NCBI GenBank assembly: GCA_001244265.2
Contig: CDLV01000017.1
Coordinates: forward strand, 186,001 to 250,000
DNA from: Microbotryum violaceum
Taxonomy: Eukaryota
Reading direction: 5' to 3'
Length of the DNA stretch: 64,000 bases
The stretch's first letter is position 1, and each line of letters starts with the position of its first letter. Below, one piece after another: positions 43,802 through 56,184 of this stretch. Under the pieces are notes generated by a model, which was not told where the DNA came from, did not search any database, and was given only the letters and a program-made list of their open reading frames with translations. A program made the position numbers and the translations under genes.

Positions 43802-46800
43802 TCATGCGAATTGAAACGGTGGGCTCAACCAACTTTCCCAACTCGACTCGTCGGCCGGGTTGGCCGTGATCCTCACGGCTCTGTAAAGAAGGGAAATACA
43901 CAATTTGATTTTAATGAGGTTAAAATGGAAACTAATTCGTCGTTGTTAAGGAGGACTGACCGAAGAAGCAGGCGGTAAGCAGTCTGTGCCGCGGCGGTGA
44001 CGAAGCGGCCGGAGGTGGCCGAGGTCTGGTAGCGCCCCGTGAAAGTGATCTGTTGATCACCGAAGGGAAACTTGCCACCACTTGTGACAGCTGGATCCCT
44101 AGGGATGTTGATACCACCCTGGACGAAGCCGAGTGTCGAAATCGAGGCATACTTCGTGTTCTCTTTTCGCGAGAAGAGGTGCGCGCCGGTCAAACCTTCG
44201 GCATCGAGGGAATCGAGGCCAAACTCTTCATCGGACCGACGTGTGAGTACGCCAGCATTGTTGGCGGTAGAGATCGTCCCCTTGAAGGTTGTGTTGGCGG
44301 CCATGAGGTCAATGGTATACGCTTGAGTCGCCTCTGTCAGATGAAAATGAGGACAGAGAAGTTGTTAGTCATGACGCTTGGAGGCAGGGCTGCACGGAGC
44401 AAGACACTTACGCGATAGACGGAAAACAAGAGTGACACCATCCTTCATAAAGTAGGTCGCAACACTGCTCGGGCTTGTCTGGACCACGCCCTCGGAGTTG
44501 ATGAGGAAGGGGTACTTGAGCCCCGGTTGGTACTGCCCCGCGAACTTTTCCGTCTGGTCGAGGATCTGCATGTCGCGCATGTTACCCGCCAAACCAAAGT
44601 AAGGGATTTGGAAGGATTCCTTGTTGTCGGCGGTGATCATGATAAAACCGCTGTAAACGGGGAAGAGCGCGCGTTGACCGGCAGAGAACTGTGGCGGCTG
44701 GAACTTGATCTGGAACGTCGACGTCTTGCCGGCCTGGATCGTGACGCGACCGGGGCGGAACGTCACCGACGCACCCCTCGACAAGGTACCAGGGCTCAGC
44801 GAGGGGTTGTACTGTCCCTTCTTGTCGTACACCAGACGAGGTTGAGCACCCGTATCGGAGTAGCGGTACGTCATCGCTTTCGAGTTCTTGTTCGTAATCG
44901 TTACCGTCTGCGTGGCGGCGAAGTGAGCCGTGTCGTTGAGGTACAACTCGTTGGGGCTAAAGTACGACTTGGCCGTCATGGCCTTGTTGACCTGGATCAA
45001 GCCAGCACCTTGGAGGACCGTTGAGGTTAAGGGAGCCTTGGTGTTGCGACTGACGGGGATCGACTTGGCCGTCGAGGAAAGGAGCTGGCGCATCTCGACA
45101 GGGGTGAACTTGTCCTTCCTGCGAGCGGCCAAGATCAACGCAATAGAGCCCGCAGCGTAGGGCGTGGCCATTGAGGTACCACTGATGACACCGACACCGC
45201 CCATGGCAAGAGGGAAGGTCGAGAGCACATTGCCACCGGGAGCCCCAAAGCTAGGCTGACCGTACATATCGTTTGTAGGGCCAAATTGACTGAAGTCGCT
45301 GACCTGACCGCCGGAAAGCGTCTGCTGGATGCGCAGCTGCTTGCTGTTGCTCGGGAACGCGACCTTGGGTCCCTCCTTCTTCTGAGCGAGGTAGTACTTG
45401 CGCACTTTTGCGGCATCGGCACCACTCATGCCGGCGATACCGACCACAGTCGTACCTTCGGCGAGATCACTGACGGAGAAGTAGGGTCGTCGTTCTTGGC
45501 CTGGCGCTCCGTAGAGCACGATGTAGCGCGCGCCCTTGGCGCCGGCGTTGAAAACCTTGAGAGCGAGTTGGCAGGTTCCTCGCCTGATGAATACGATGCG
45601 ATTCTTGAGGTCGGGTGTTGATTTAGGCAACTTGTTGCAAGCGTCATCGGTGACCTGGAGCTCGGTAGAGGTAAAGTAGACCGCGAGGCCCTTGTCGAGT
45701 CCAAGCGGCTTAGCGCTGTAAGCGGTCAACGGCGTGTGCCCGCCCGTCTTGAAGACCATACTATATGCCGGGATGTAGGTCACATCGACCGATGCGATGC
45801 TCATGGCCGTCCGCGTGCCCGCAGGTTGAGAAGCAAAAAACATCCCCTCGATCTGTTCGTTACCCGCGGCCGCAACGACATGGATCCCTTTGGCGATGAG
45901 CTTGTTGAGCACGTACTCTTGGGCCCCCGAGTTGGACCAGCTGTTGGGTGCGCCGAGACTCATGCTGATGATATCGGGCTTATCTTGGGGAGCACGCAGC
46001 AGGGCCTCGACGATGATATCGTCGGTGGTGGAGCTCGCGCAGCCAAACACACGGTACATACCCAGCGTGGCCTTTGGTGCAACGCCCGTGAAGCCATACT
46101 TGTTGGAGTTGGCCCCGATAGTCCCCATGACTGTTGGTGTGTAGATAGATCGTCAGCATTAGCGCGTGTGATAGGGATCCAGAAGTGTTGCTCAGAAACT
46201 CGTGACCCCACCAAAACAAGCGGCCGACTTACCATGCGTGCCGTGTTCAGTGCAGTTGGTGTATGGGTTGGGCTCGTTGACCGGTGTGCCGCTATCGTCG
46301 ATGAAAGAGTAGCCAAAGCCGACTTTGCAGCCTTTGCCAAAGCAACCGCCGAGAATCGGGTTCTTGTAGTCCACCCCCGTGTCAAGGACGAGGACCCTGG
46401 CGCCGGCGCCGAGGTAGCCCTTGGCATGGAGCCTGTCGACGCCGGTCATCTGATGCGGTGGGAACTTGTCATTTTTTAAGTCATTCGCTGCGCGTGGCTC
46501 GAGGAGATCCCGTCGAACAAGCTGACTTGACGAGGTTTCGACGTTGCTCAATGAGGTATGACCGAGGCTGTGCGGGTTCGGGATACTATGAACCGGCCAG
46601 GCATGCTAGTAACAGCCAAGACTCCTTGCTATCAGCCCACAGACGTTAAAGTCTCTATCTTCGAACAAGCTGTCTTCAACTCACTGTAACACCCGGGATC
46701 GCCAGTAGGTCTTCGGCCGTTGTGTTGTCGGGCACGACAATGCTCGCTCCGGTGAGCAGGCCAGGGGAGTGGAAAACTTTTTTGGTCTTGACATTGATAC

Positions 46801-47209
46801 CATTGCCAATCTTGCTAAGGACACCGGAAACTGCCTTGTTTTATTTTAAAAGTGAGTAAGTGAAGCACTGCCAAGTCAGTGCTGCACGCTCTTTCAGCCT
46901 TGGCGAGATTGTCGTCCAACTTGACGGCTCCGTCGGAGCGCGTCGCTACGCGTCCCAACTTGGAAAGTAAAGGCCGGGTTCGCTTTTCGCCAGCTGGGGT
47001 GGAGAGGCCATGATAGCAGCTGAACTCACAACCTCAGAATCACGTTTGTTCAAAGTATTCGATCCCCCGACGGCGATGATGTAGCGACCCGGGATGACGG
47101 TCGGCGAGCGCGAATTAGGGAACTTGAGGGTCTGGGCGGTCGAGGCGCCGTGGGCCAGGGCGGAGCCGACCGATGCGAGCAAAACAAGAAGGTTCGTGTT
47201 GACGAGCAT
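43802..47209 (-). CDS. Secreted subtilisin-like S8 protease with PA and Fn3-like domains, multi-exon
   Basis: Signal peptide; triad motifs LDTGVDY, HGTH, GTSMATP; PA domain FIRRGTC; last exon AVRITANPADESSWESWLSPPFQFA*. Confidence 0.92.
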
Positions 47210-47259
47210 GGTGTGAAGTGAAGCCGAGTCGGATTATCCAGTCAAGGAAAGCTGTCGGT

Positions 47260-48125
47260 AATGTTTATGGTGTGAAAATGCGAAGAGAAAGAAGTAGACC
47301 GAGCCAGTCGTGAGCGGAGGCGTCAAAATCTTGCAACAATAACACTCCGGTGGAATGTATACCATTTATAAAGGTGAGTCGTCTAGGCCCAAGATACAGT
47401 CTCACCAAAAGAAAACCACCTGGTCATAAAGCATAATTTGGGGAGCAAAGTCGCTCGTTCAAAGGAAGTCTGGAAGCAACATGTTTCAATTGGCCAGCGC
47501 GCCTCGGTACCCCGAGCCCTCCGACATGCCTCCTCCTGAACCTCGAAGCGCTCGGAGAGTTGTCAATGACGGAGCCGGGCGTGACGCGTGATAAATTCAG
47601 TTTATGTTTTGCCGGATAAAATAATGAAACAAGAGGCGGAATTCCTATTTTATGACTCTGTTCCCTTTTTATAAAATAAAGAAGTAAAAAGATAAAAAGA
47701 CCAAAAAAAAAGTAAATCAAAAAACGTGTGCAAAAAAAACCCTTCAGTAATTTTAATGAGAGGGAGATCTTAAAAAAATGAAATGAAAGAAAATGCTTGT
47801 GGTGTGACAAGGCGATGAGAAAGAAGTAGACCGAGCCAGTCGAGAGTCGGAGGTGTCAAAATCCTGCAACAATAACACTCCGGTGGAATGTATACCATTT
47901 ACAAAGGTGAGTCGCCTAGGCCCAAGATACAGTCTCACCATAAGAAAACCACCTGGTCATAAAGCATAATTTGGGGAGCAAAGTCGCTTGCTCAAAGAAA
48001 GTCTGGAAGCAACATGTTTCAATTGGCCAGCGCACCTTGGCACCCCGAGCCCCGAGCCCTCCGACCTGCCTCCCCCTAAACCTCGGAGAGTTGTCAATGA
48101 CGCAGACGCGCGCCGCGACGCGTCA
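47260..48125. repeat. Diverged direct duplication (~330 bp: 47260-47590 and 47792-48125) with an AT-rich spacer, upstream of the S8 gene
   Basis: Shared gagaaagaagtagaccgagccagtcg...ctcggagagttgtcaatgacg. Confidence 0.93.
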
Positions 48126-49201
48126 CGCCCGGCCTCGCCTGGCGCTCCTCCGTTCCTTCTGCAACAGCATCTTTTATTAGCTAGCATAGGTTTTCTTCTT
48201 CCATCCCGCACTTTACCTAGCTTTTGATCATAGGTGTTTCGCTTTGACGTGGGGCAGAATCAGAAGCTCAACTTTGCCAACCTGTCAGTGGATTCTGATC
48301 CTTTGCCGTCGTCGTCTTGCAGTGGTCTCTCCTCGGCGACCCACACTGAGCCGGATCTGAGATTCTCCCTCCGCTCTTCGCTCTTCGCGAAGGAATTCGC
48401 CTCACTGCAATCATCACAGCAAAACTGTATCCGATACTGTTCTTGAACGAGCTTCATACCTACCCGCAACCATTAGCAAATGCTAGTGACCGCGACCGTA
48501 AGCGACGCGCTCCGAATGTGAAGCCACGCCTGAAGGCCTGAAGTGTGAGGCCCAGACGCAACTCGAAATGGCGATTACAGCTGGCAGGTCGAACTCGACG
48601 AATGACGAAGAAAGGAAGAAAGAGTTGCAGAGCACGATGCAACTACAGTCGATAGATATGATGTGTAACGAGACGAATTGGTAACTCGGCGAGGGGTTGA
48701 CTCTCTAGTCAACGATGTTCCCAGACTAAAAGGAGAAAACGAGAGCTATGCGGGTGTAAGGCCATCTTGCGCGCGGATCCGAAGTTGGAAGGTTGACGTT
48801 GAGTTCGGAGCGAGACGGCCGCCCTTCCATGAAGTAGTGAAAAGACAGGGGTGGAGCTTCTCGCAGGGCTGGTGGTCCCGATACTCGACAAGAACTGGGG
48901 CTATCAAGAGGCTGAAAATGAAAGTATCTTGATTATGAGAATTTCTATTCACTTGGCAAAAATGTGGTAGACGACTACAAGTTTTCCGTTTGGTCTCGAC
49001 GATGCTCCACATGACGCCCGGACCTTTGTTCAGTGAGATTCTCCCGCGCGCGCGGCGTCTCGTCCGAGTATGAATGACGAGGCTCTCGCTCTCACCTCGC
49101 CTCATCTTCACCCAAATCTACACGCTCCTACCGTTGAGTTCCTCCAAATCAGCCTGAACATACGACCAGGATTTTGTCCAAAGTGCATCATACCACCTAG
49201 C

Positions 49202-49999
49202 ATGTCCGCCTCCACTGCCTCCCCAACAGCTTCGCAAGGTTTCCCGGCTCCTGCGCCTTCTGCCGCAGGTTCCAAGATTGCTGACGCAGGACCCGAGATC
49301 AGCTCGTCCGCAAATGTCACAAAAAGGTATGTACGACCATCCTGATAGATGCTCGTGGGCTGAGCCCTGCGCGTGAAGGAGAATGAGCTCCCGAGCATCC
49401 CCAGAGGCTCCTCCTCGCTCGTCAAAAGTTTTCCCAAACGAGATGCTTTCCCACTTCACTAACGACTTTTTCCTTCTTTCGAGAAACAGATTGAGCTCCG
49501 AGCTCATGTCCTTGATGATGGCCTGCCCCGCTGGGATCTCCGCCTTCCCCGTCTCGGACGCGGACCTCACGCACTGGAAGGGTCGAATCGAAGGCGCCGA
49601 AGGGACCTACTACGAGAACCATGTCTATGCCATCTCGCTCCGATTCCCTCCTACCTATCCTTACGCCGCTCCAACTGTCCGTTTTGAATCGACCTGCTTC
49701 CATCCGAACGTCGATTTGCATGGCAACATTTGCTTAGACATCCTCAAGGAAAAGTGGTCGCCGATGCTTTCGGTCTCGACGATTCTAATCTCGCTCCAAT
49801 CGCTGTTGGGTGAACCAAACAACAAGTCGCCGTTGAACGTCGAGGCAGCGGACCTGTGGGAGAATACTGCAGAGGTGAAAGATGAGAATTTTTGTGTGTC
49901 ACGTAGAAAGCCAGGCTGACTCTCTGGTCTTTCGTCCCGCGCCCACAGTTCAAGAAAGAGTTGGCTAAGCATTACAAGCCCATCGTCGAAGACGAGTAA
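49202..49999 (+). CDS. Ubiquitin-conjugating enzyme E2-C (UbcH10/Ubc11-like)
   Basis: NVTKR/LSSELMSLMM..GISAFP; FHPNVDLHGNICLDILKEKWS; EPNNKSPLN; two introns. Confidence 0.9.
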
Positions 50000-50427
50000 A
50001 GAGTTGGACTGCGCATTGTACCATCTTGTTATACCCTCTTACCAAGTTTCCTCTTGAGTCTCCTTCCCGTGCCTCGTTCGTCTTCTTCGCATCCCTGTCC
50101 TTTGATCGCCTAGTTTTTCAACCCCTCTCGGAACTTCATCCTAGACCAAGCTGTCGATGATAATATGTTTGACATCCTAGTCTTTGGGGAGCGCCTAGCG
50201 TGCATCGGCATCATCAGTACATCTCTTTGACCTTGGACGCTGTTGGACGCTATGAAATCTATCTCCATACGCTCTCAGCTAAATCCAACTTGGTGTAAAC
50301 CCGCAGCGAAGCTGTCTTCCGCTCCGCGAAACACAAACAAATTATACTTGACAGCTTGTATCAACCGAAAACACATCATACTCGGAACAAACAAGGGAAT
50401 ACAAGCCCACCCATCCAAGCCCCTCCC

Positions 50428-52194
50428 TCACTTCCTCCACGAGAACCATCCCTTTCTCTCCTCTGTTTTCTCGGCTTCACTCTTGGCCTTTTCGACCTTA
50501 TCGCCATGTTCACTCATCACCTTCTCCACAAGCTCATCGACCTTCTCCGGGTGCTCACCCTTGCCATGAACGGGGACGTCCTTGCTAACCTGTTCAGCCT
50601 CTTCAAGCGTAGGAACGACTCGGGCATCCTTGACGAGCGCCTCTTCGGACTGCGTAGGGGGTACTTCTTCGACGGATACGGGCTCGACGACGATGTCGAT
50701 CGCTTGTTCGAGCACAAAGTGGTAGAAGACGAGTACTTGCTTTTCGCCTCGTTCTTCAAGTTCGGGACCACCCGTGATGCGAAGAACGGGGTTCGTCGCC
50801 GTCTTGTAGTGCTTCTTGAAGTGGAGGTGCTCAAAGGCCGCGACCAGTTGCTGAGGAGAGTAGAACGTCGCCGATCAGCCAAGCGATTCCGAAATTAAAA
50901 CCCTCATCAGGCGTACCCCCAAGCCAAGAATAACTCACCTTGTCAACCTTGGACTTGCCCGTATGGCACCTCAACACCTTTTGCAAATCCAAGCCCGTCA
51001 CATCGACTTCGGCGACCTTCTTCTTGGATTTGGCGCCTTCGACCTTCCAGTGCTCGGCTTCGGCACCTTTAAAGACTCCACCCGCGGCTGCACTCGTTGT
51101 GAGGTACTTGACGACCTTGGGGATGACGACTTCGCCTCGAGTACCTACGGTCCCCTTGGCCGCATCGACGAGCTTGCCTCTGACTTTGGACCCACCGGGT
51201 AGACTGGCAGCACGGGCAGCGAGGCCCGCAGCACTGGCCGCGGTCGACGTGACGGCCGTACCAACCGAAGTCACACCCGTCGCGACGCTCGAACCGAATC
51301 CCGTCAAGGAGGCCAGGGCAGTTCCACCGGCCGCGAGAGCGACGAAGGGAATCGCGATTAGGGACGCCGCGGCGGATACGGGACCGGCGATGGCAATGAT
51401 CGGCCATGCGACGGACCACGACGAGTATTCCGTTTCGGGCGAGGTCCAAGGTCGGATCGAGAGGGCGTACCAGACGTTCGCTGAGATGTAGTGGGCCAGG
51501 GTTAGGTTCATAGAGGATACGACCTACGAAACTTCACTGGCTGTTCTCCGACTCACGGACTCGACGCTCAAAAGTTTCGCCGGGCAAGAGGACTTGGTAC
51601 ATCAACGGTCCGACTTGGTTGAGCGATACGTTCAACACGACCTGAGTCTCGTTCGTAACACTCCAAGCATTCTTGAAGCTGAGCACCGATCGAACTGTAG
51701 TCAGCTCAGCATCCTCCTCCTCCGGGGCCTATGACCCATCACTTGACATGCACCACTCACAACTGTTCCTTGTTCATCTTCCTATCGGTCGCCAACTTCC
51801 ATTCCGAATAACGCGTCTTGCCGACCGACCACGTCTTGTCCAACGAAGCCTTGGACGTGGTCGTGATCTCTTGCAACTTGGCCTGGGTCTGATCAAGCGA
51901 TTGAGCGACCGTTCCCGAGCTCGGCAAGCGGGATGAGATGGCATTGGGTACGGCGGATTGAACGAATTTTTCATAGTGCTTCATCCACGCCGGTTGAGGT
52001 GTCGTGATACCACTTGCGGGGCTCGTGGAGGCTGCCGTGCCAGCAGTAGCCGAGGTCGCCGATGACGTCGATGAGGTGGTTGCACCAGCGCCTGCGCTGA
52101 GGGTCCCAGTCGACGTCACTCCAGATCCAGAGCCATGGACTTTCGAGTCCTTGAGTGCGGCAGTTGTCGTCTCGTGAGGTTTGACGTTGGACAT
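50428..52194 (-). CDS. Hypothetical protein, multi-exon
   Basis: Colinear protein-like ORFs separated by GT-AG introns; family not recognised. Confidence 0.65.
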
Positions 52195-52841
52195 GATCGG
52201 GTCTCAATTGTGACCAAGGAAAGAGGTGTAGCAGGGAGAGAATGGGAGGCGGAAGGGAACGCCAGGTTTCACGCTTCACTTGACCAATGCCAGCGGACTG
52301 CCAGCGGAGGCCAGCCGGAGGCCAGCAGCATGCAGCAGCACACTACTGCCAGCACCGCCACCAAGATCGCCGAAATTCGAATCTTGTCATGTGCACAACT
52401 GCGGGCGTGATCAGTCAACACAACTCGCACAAAATTACTTGTAACCAGCTGGCAGAAGAACAAATGAGCAACTCAAGTTGACTGTGCGAGTTTGCGATAA
52501 GAAATATCGAGATAGGGGCTGCTTCTTTCCGCCCGATGGACCAGGGACCAGATGAACCACATCGCAAGCCCCAGTGCAATAAAGGTCTGCAGTCGCAACG
52601 TGAATGTCCTTGCAAGCGACTACATATCAAGGTCGGTCTATGTTGCAGGGACGGAAAAGAAACTCCATGATGGAGTGTATCAAGAAATGAGAGTGGACCA
52701 GAGGTGAGGGTGAACGACAGAAACCCAAGCGCAGTGAGCGAGCTGACTGAAAACGAGAGAAAGGTCGGAGGCAGACAAGAGTAGAGAGGTGATGAGAAGA
52801 TGGTGATAGGATACTTGAAGGCCCGCGACGAGCGCAGAATC

Positions 52842-55484
52842 TTAAGCCAGGAGCCAAGCGCCCAAACCGACGATCAAACCTTGCAACGAGAGCGTCGCAA
52901 GCGTCTTCTTGGGAGCCGACGACCTGGTGTTCGTACTGGTGGTCATGCTGCCCTTGTTTTTTGACATGTCCATCCCGGGCATGGAGGATGAACCATTCGC
53001 GGGACCGACGGATTCAACGAGCGAAAGGCTGCTCCCGACTTGTCCGACCGCTCCCACGAGGGTGTGTGGGTTTGGGTTGGTTCCCGGGCGCGCGCTGGCA
53101 TTGGGACTGGGTCCCGAACCTGCACCAGAGTTAGTGAGCGTAAATTTCCCACTGCTCGCGGGGAGGACCGTGTCCTTCGCAACGGGCTGCTGGCCCAACT
53201 TTCCATTGCCGACCATCACGAGACGGCCGATGCTCGGCACTTCGTTGACGACGACAAAGAACAATGCAGGACCAGGTTGGAACAAGTTGGGGTTGGGAGG
53301 TAGCTGAGCTACATTTACCGTGACTGAGTTGTCGTCTTGAACGGTGTAGGTGCTGCGCAACTCGATGCTCCTCATTCCCATATTCATCGCGTGCGTCGAG
53401 AATCCCGTACGAATGAGCACGACTCGAATGCTATCCGGGCCCGCAGCATCGGTGAAGGTCGATGCGGCGAGACTGAATTGGAAGAGTTCACCTCCATAGG
53501 AAAAGCTGGACGGCATCACACTCGCTTCGGGTCGGAGCATGTCGTACCACGATGGGTAGAAAATCTCGCCTCGGTACTCGGTCTTGAATGGGACGGTCGG
53601 GTTGTTTTCCTCCGTCGTGACATCAGCATTGGGATTACTACCTGCGATGAAGACCGCACCGTCTGCAAGAAGTGTTGCGGACGAGTGGTACATACGAGGG
53701 ATTGTGGACAGCGGCAGCCCTTCGGTCGTGATGCGGGAACCTTTGGGGGCGAACGGGTTGTACATGACCGGTTGAAGAACAGGATCCTGGGCAAAAGATT
53801 GCCCGATCGCCCAGGGCAAGTTCCCGTATCCAGACGAGCCTCGACCCACGCCGTTGAAGAGCAGCAGCTGGCCCGTGGGCATGGTGATGAAATTGCCCAT
53901 GCCGCGGGGCTGGGGGAGGTCGTCGTCCTCAACCCACTTTGCACCATCCTTGGGAGTAATGGACACGCAAGAGTTGGATGTGGGGGTGTCGGCGATATCC
54001 CATTGTGTGACGTCCCAATCGTCTCGCTTGGGGTTCATGCCGCCGCACATCAGGATCGTCACGGTGTAGTTGTTCGCCGGCGTCATGGGCAGCACCGCCG
54101 TCGCTCCCGAAGCAGGGTACGTCCTCTGTGCGGCCGGAACGTTCTCCAAAGCCACTTCTTCGTCCGTCTCAAGGTTGAGAATCTGGGCCTTCCAATCCGC
54201 TTGCATGAACACTCGGCCATCCGGGAGGAGATATGTCAGTGGGTACAGGTTGGCGGGTCCGCTGTTGGCGAGGAAGGACGAAAACTTGAGTGAGCCACGA
54301 GAGGGCCAGAATTCGCTGCGGTCCCAGGGTCTTGGGGGTCAGCTTGACAACCGAGATTATGCGACCTTGGGGTGTAAATACTGACTATGACGAAGCGTTC
54401 TGCTTCTCCTTTTTCGCGTCAACAAAGCCACCCCATAACTCGCCTGTAGGAACATCAAACTCATCAAGTCAAGTCAGGCAGAGGCTCAAATAACAATACT
54501 CACAGTCAGAGGCAACTCACCACCAAAGATCGCCGCCGTTCCATTCCCCAAGATTTCAACAGAGGGATACCAACGATTGATAGGCATACCATATTCATCC
54601 TCGATCCATTCATCCGTTCCATCATCAGTGGGCTTGAGGAGTCTGACCGATCTCCCTCCCGCTTCTTCATGGTACGAGCCCTCTTTTGTGCCCGTCGATT
54701 TACCCTTCTTGTCAACGGCTTGTGTACCACCGACGCTGATCCAGGTCCCATCACCGAGAACACCTCCGCCGGCGCAGAAGGTGTTGGTATGGACTTTCAT
54801 GGGTCGGTAGGTGTTGTTCTCGAGGTTGTATTCGGTCGCCCACTGGTGAATTCCATCCTCAATTCAGCAATAGTGGCAGCGCCGTTCGGAAAGAGATACT
54901 TACGGCTGCACGCCCTAGAATTCGCGCCGCTATGCCCGAGATATAGGAGAGGAGGTACCCCGTCAGCGTTGACTTGTTCAGGATGGGACTCCCAAATAGC
55001 GTGCGAAGGACCGACTATTATTCTCGGTCTTGTCGATAACGTAAAGCTGCCAAGGTCAAGATTACATCAGAGTGTACTGCGAGCACGGTGACCAGTGACA
55101 TATACAACTGACTCGTCTTTCGGTCTATGATATATGCCGAGCAAGTCAGCTCTACAGTCTGGATGGACACACCCGTCTCCGCACCGATCGCGATCGCTAA
55201 CTCACCCCCAAGAACAGTTGCTGAGCGCTGACTCTGTAGGACGAATAGAACGCAACTCTTTAGTAACATCCTCAAAAACACTCTCACTAAGCCCCTCTTC
55301 AAACTGACCCCGTTTCACCAACAATCTCGAACGTATTCGCCTTCCCCGTTCCACGGCCGGACGATGCGGCGGCAACGACATGCATCGATGACGAACTGGC
55401 CTGGAAAGGGGTGAGCACGCCAACGAGCGTCACGACCGCTCCTAGGCCGATCGAGGCCTTCCATGCGACGAAGGGTTGTAGCAT
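52842..55484 (-). CDS. Copper radical oxidase / glyoxal oxidase (AA5_1-like), copy 1
   Basis: Signal peptide, TNTFCAGG, RWYP, NLYP, RMYHSSA, GSNPN, GFSTHA; hydrophobic C-terminus. Confidence 0.93.
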
Positions 55485-56184
55485 CCTACTGCGGAGGCTT
55501 TGAGGAGAGTGGTGATATCGGAAGTTGTTCGAGCCGTTGACGGCTGGTTTCGCTGATTGAGCAGGGCCCGGAAGGTGCGGCGCACTGGGTGACCGACTCG
55601 CAGGGAATGGCTGCTGAAGCGCTGAAGGGTGGATGCTTGAAACGAACGACGTTGGAGAGACCGGGTCTGGCTCCTTATGAATAGCGAATATAAGAGTCGA
55701 AATCCACGAAACGACCTCAACTAGGCTTTAACTTGGTACGACGAGAAAGTACAAGGCGAGGTGACGCGTAGGCAGGTGTGGGCGAGACGAGTCACCCAGG
55801 GCGTTATCCGTTGAGAGCACGTCCCGCTCGCTGCGCCCCTCAGGAGGCCATCTTGCACTCGCCGCACGTTTCGTAACGCACTGAGCTCTCCTGACTGTTC
55901 GGTCGGAGATTCTCGGGGAGCCGACGTCTTCCGTCTTTCTTCTTAGTGCTGTTGAATGCGTCTAGTACTTTACTAAGTGTACTCTGCAAGTCCAGGTCAG
56001 TGGAACGGGTTCACCCCCTGCGTTCAGATACTGAGCAAAGTGGGACAAAGTGTCGAAACTGCAACGCATCAATATCCAGAAAGTAAAGGCCTTTGTGATA
56101 TAGGGCAAAAGGAAATAAGCATGAGAAGCAAGAAGAGCGGGGATGGGAGAATGAATGTCCTATATCGAATCAGCGTCCAAATTT

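Noticed and set aside
43873-44304. Stand-alone 143-aa gene
   Set aside because: It is a C-terminal exon of the S8 protease, followed by an intron and the last exon
53337-54293. Long antisense ORFs over this and other genes
   Set aside because: Expected shadows of GC-rich coding sequence; no recognisable domains
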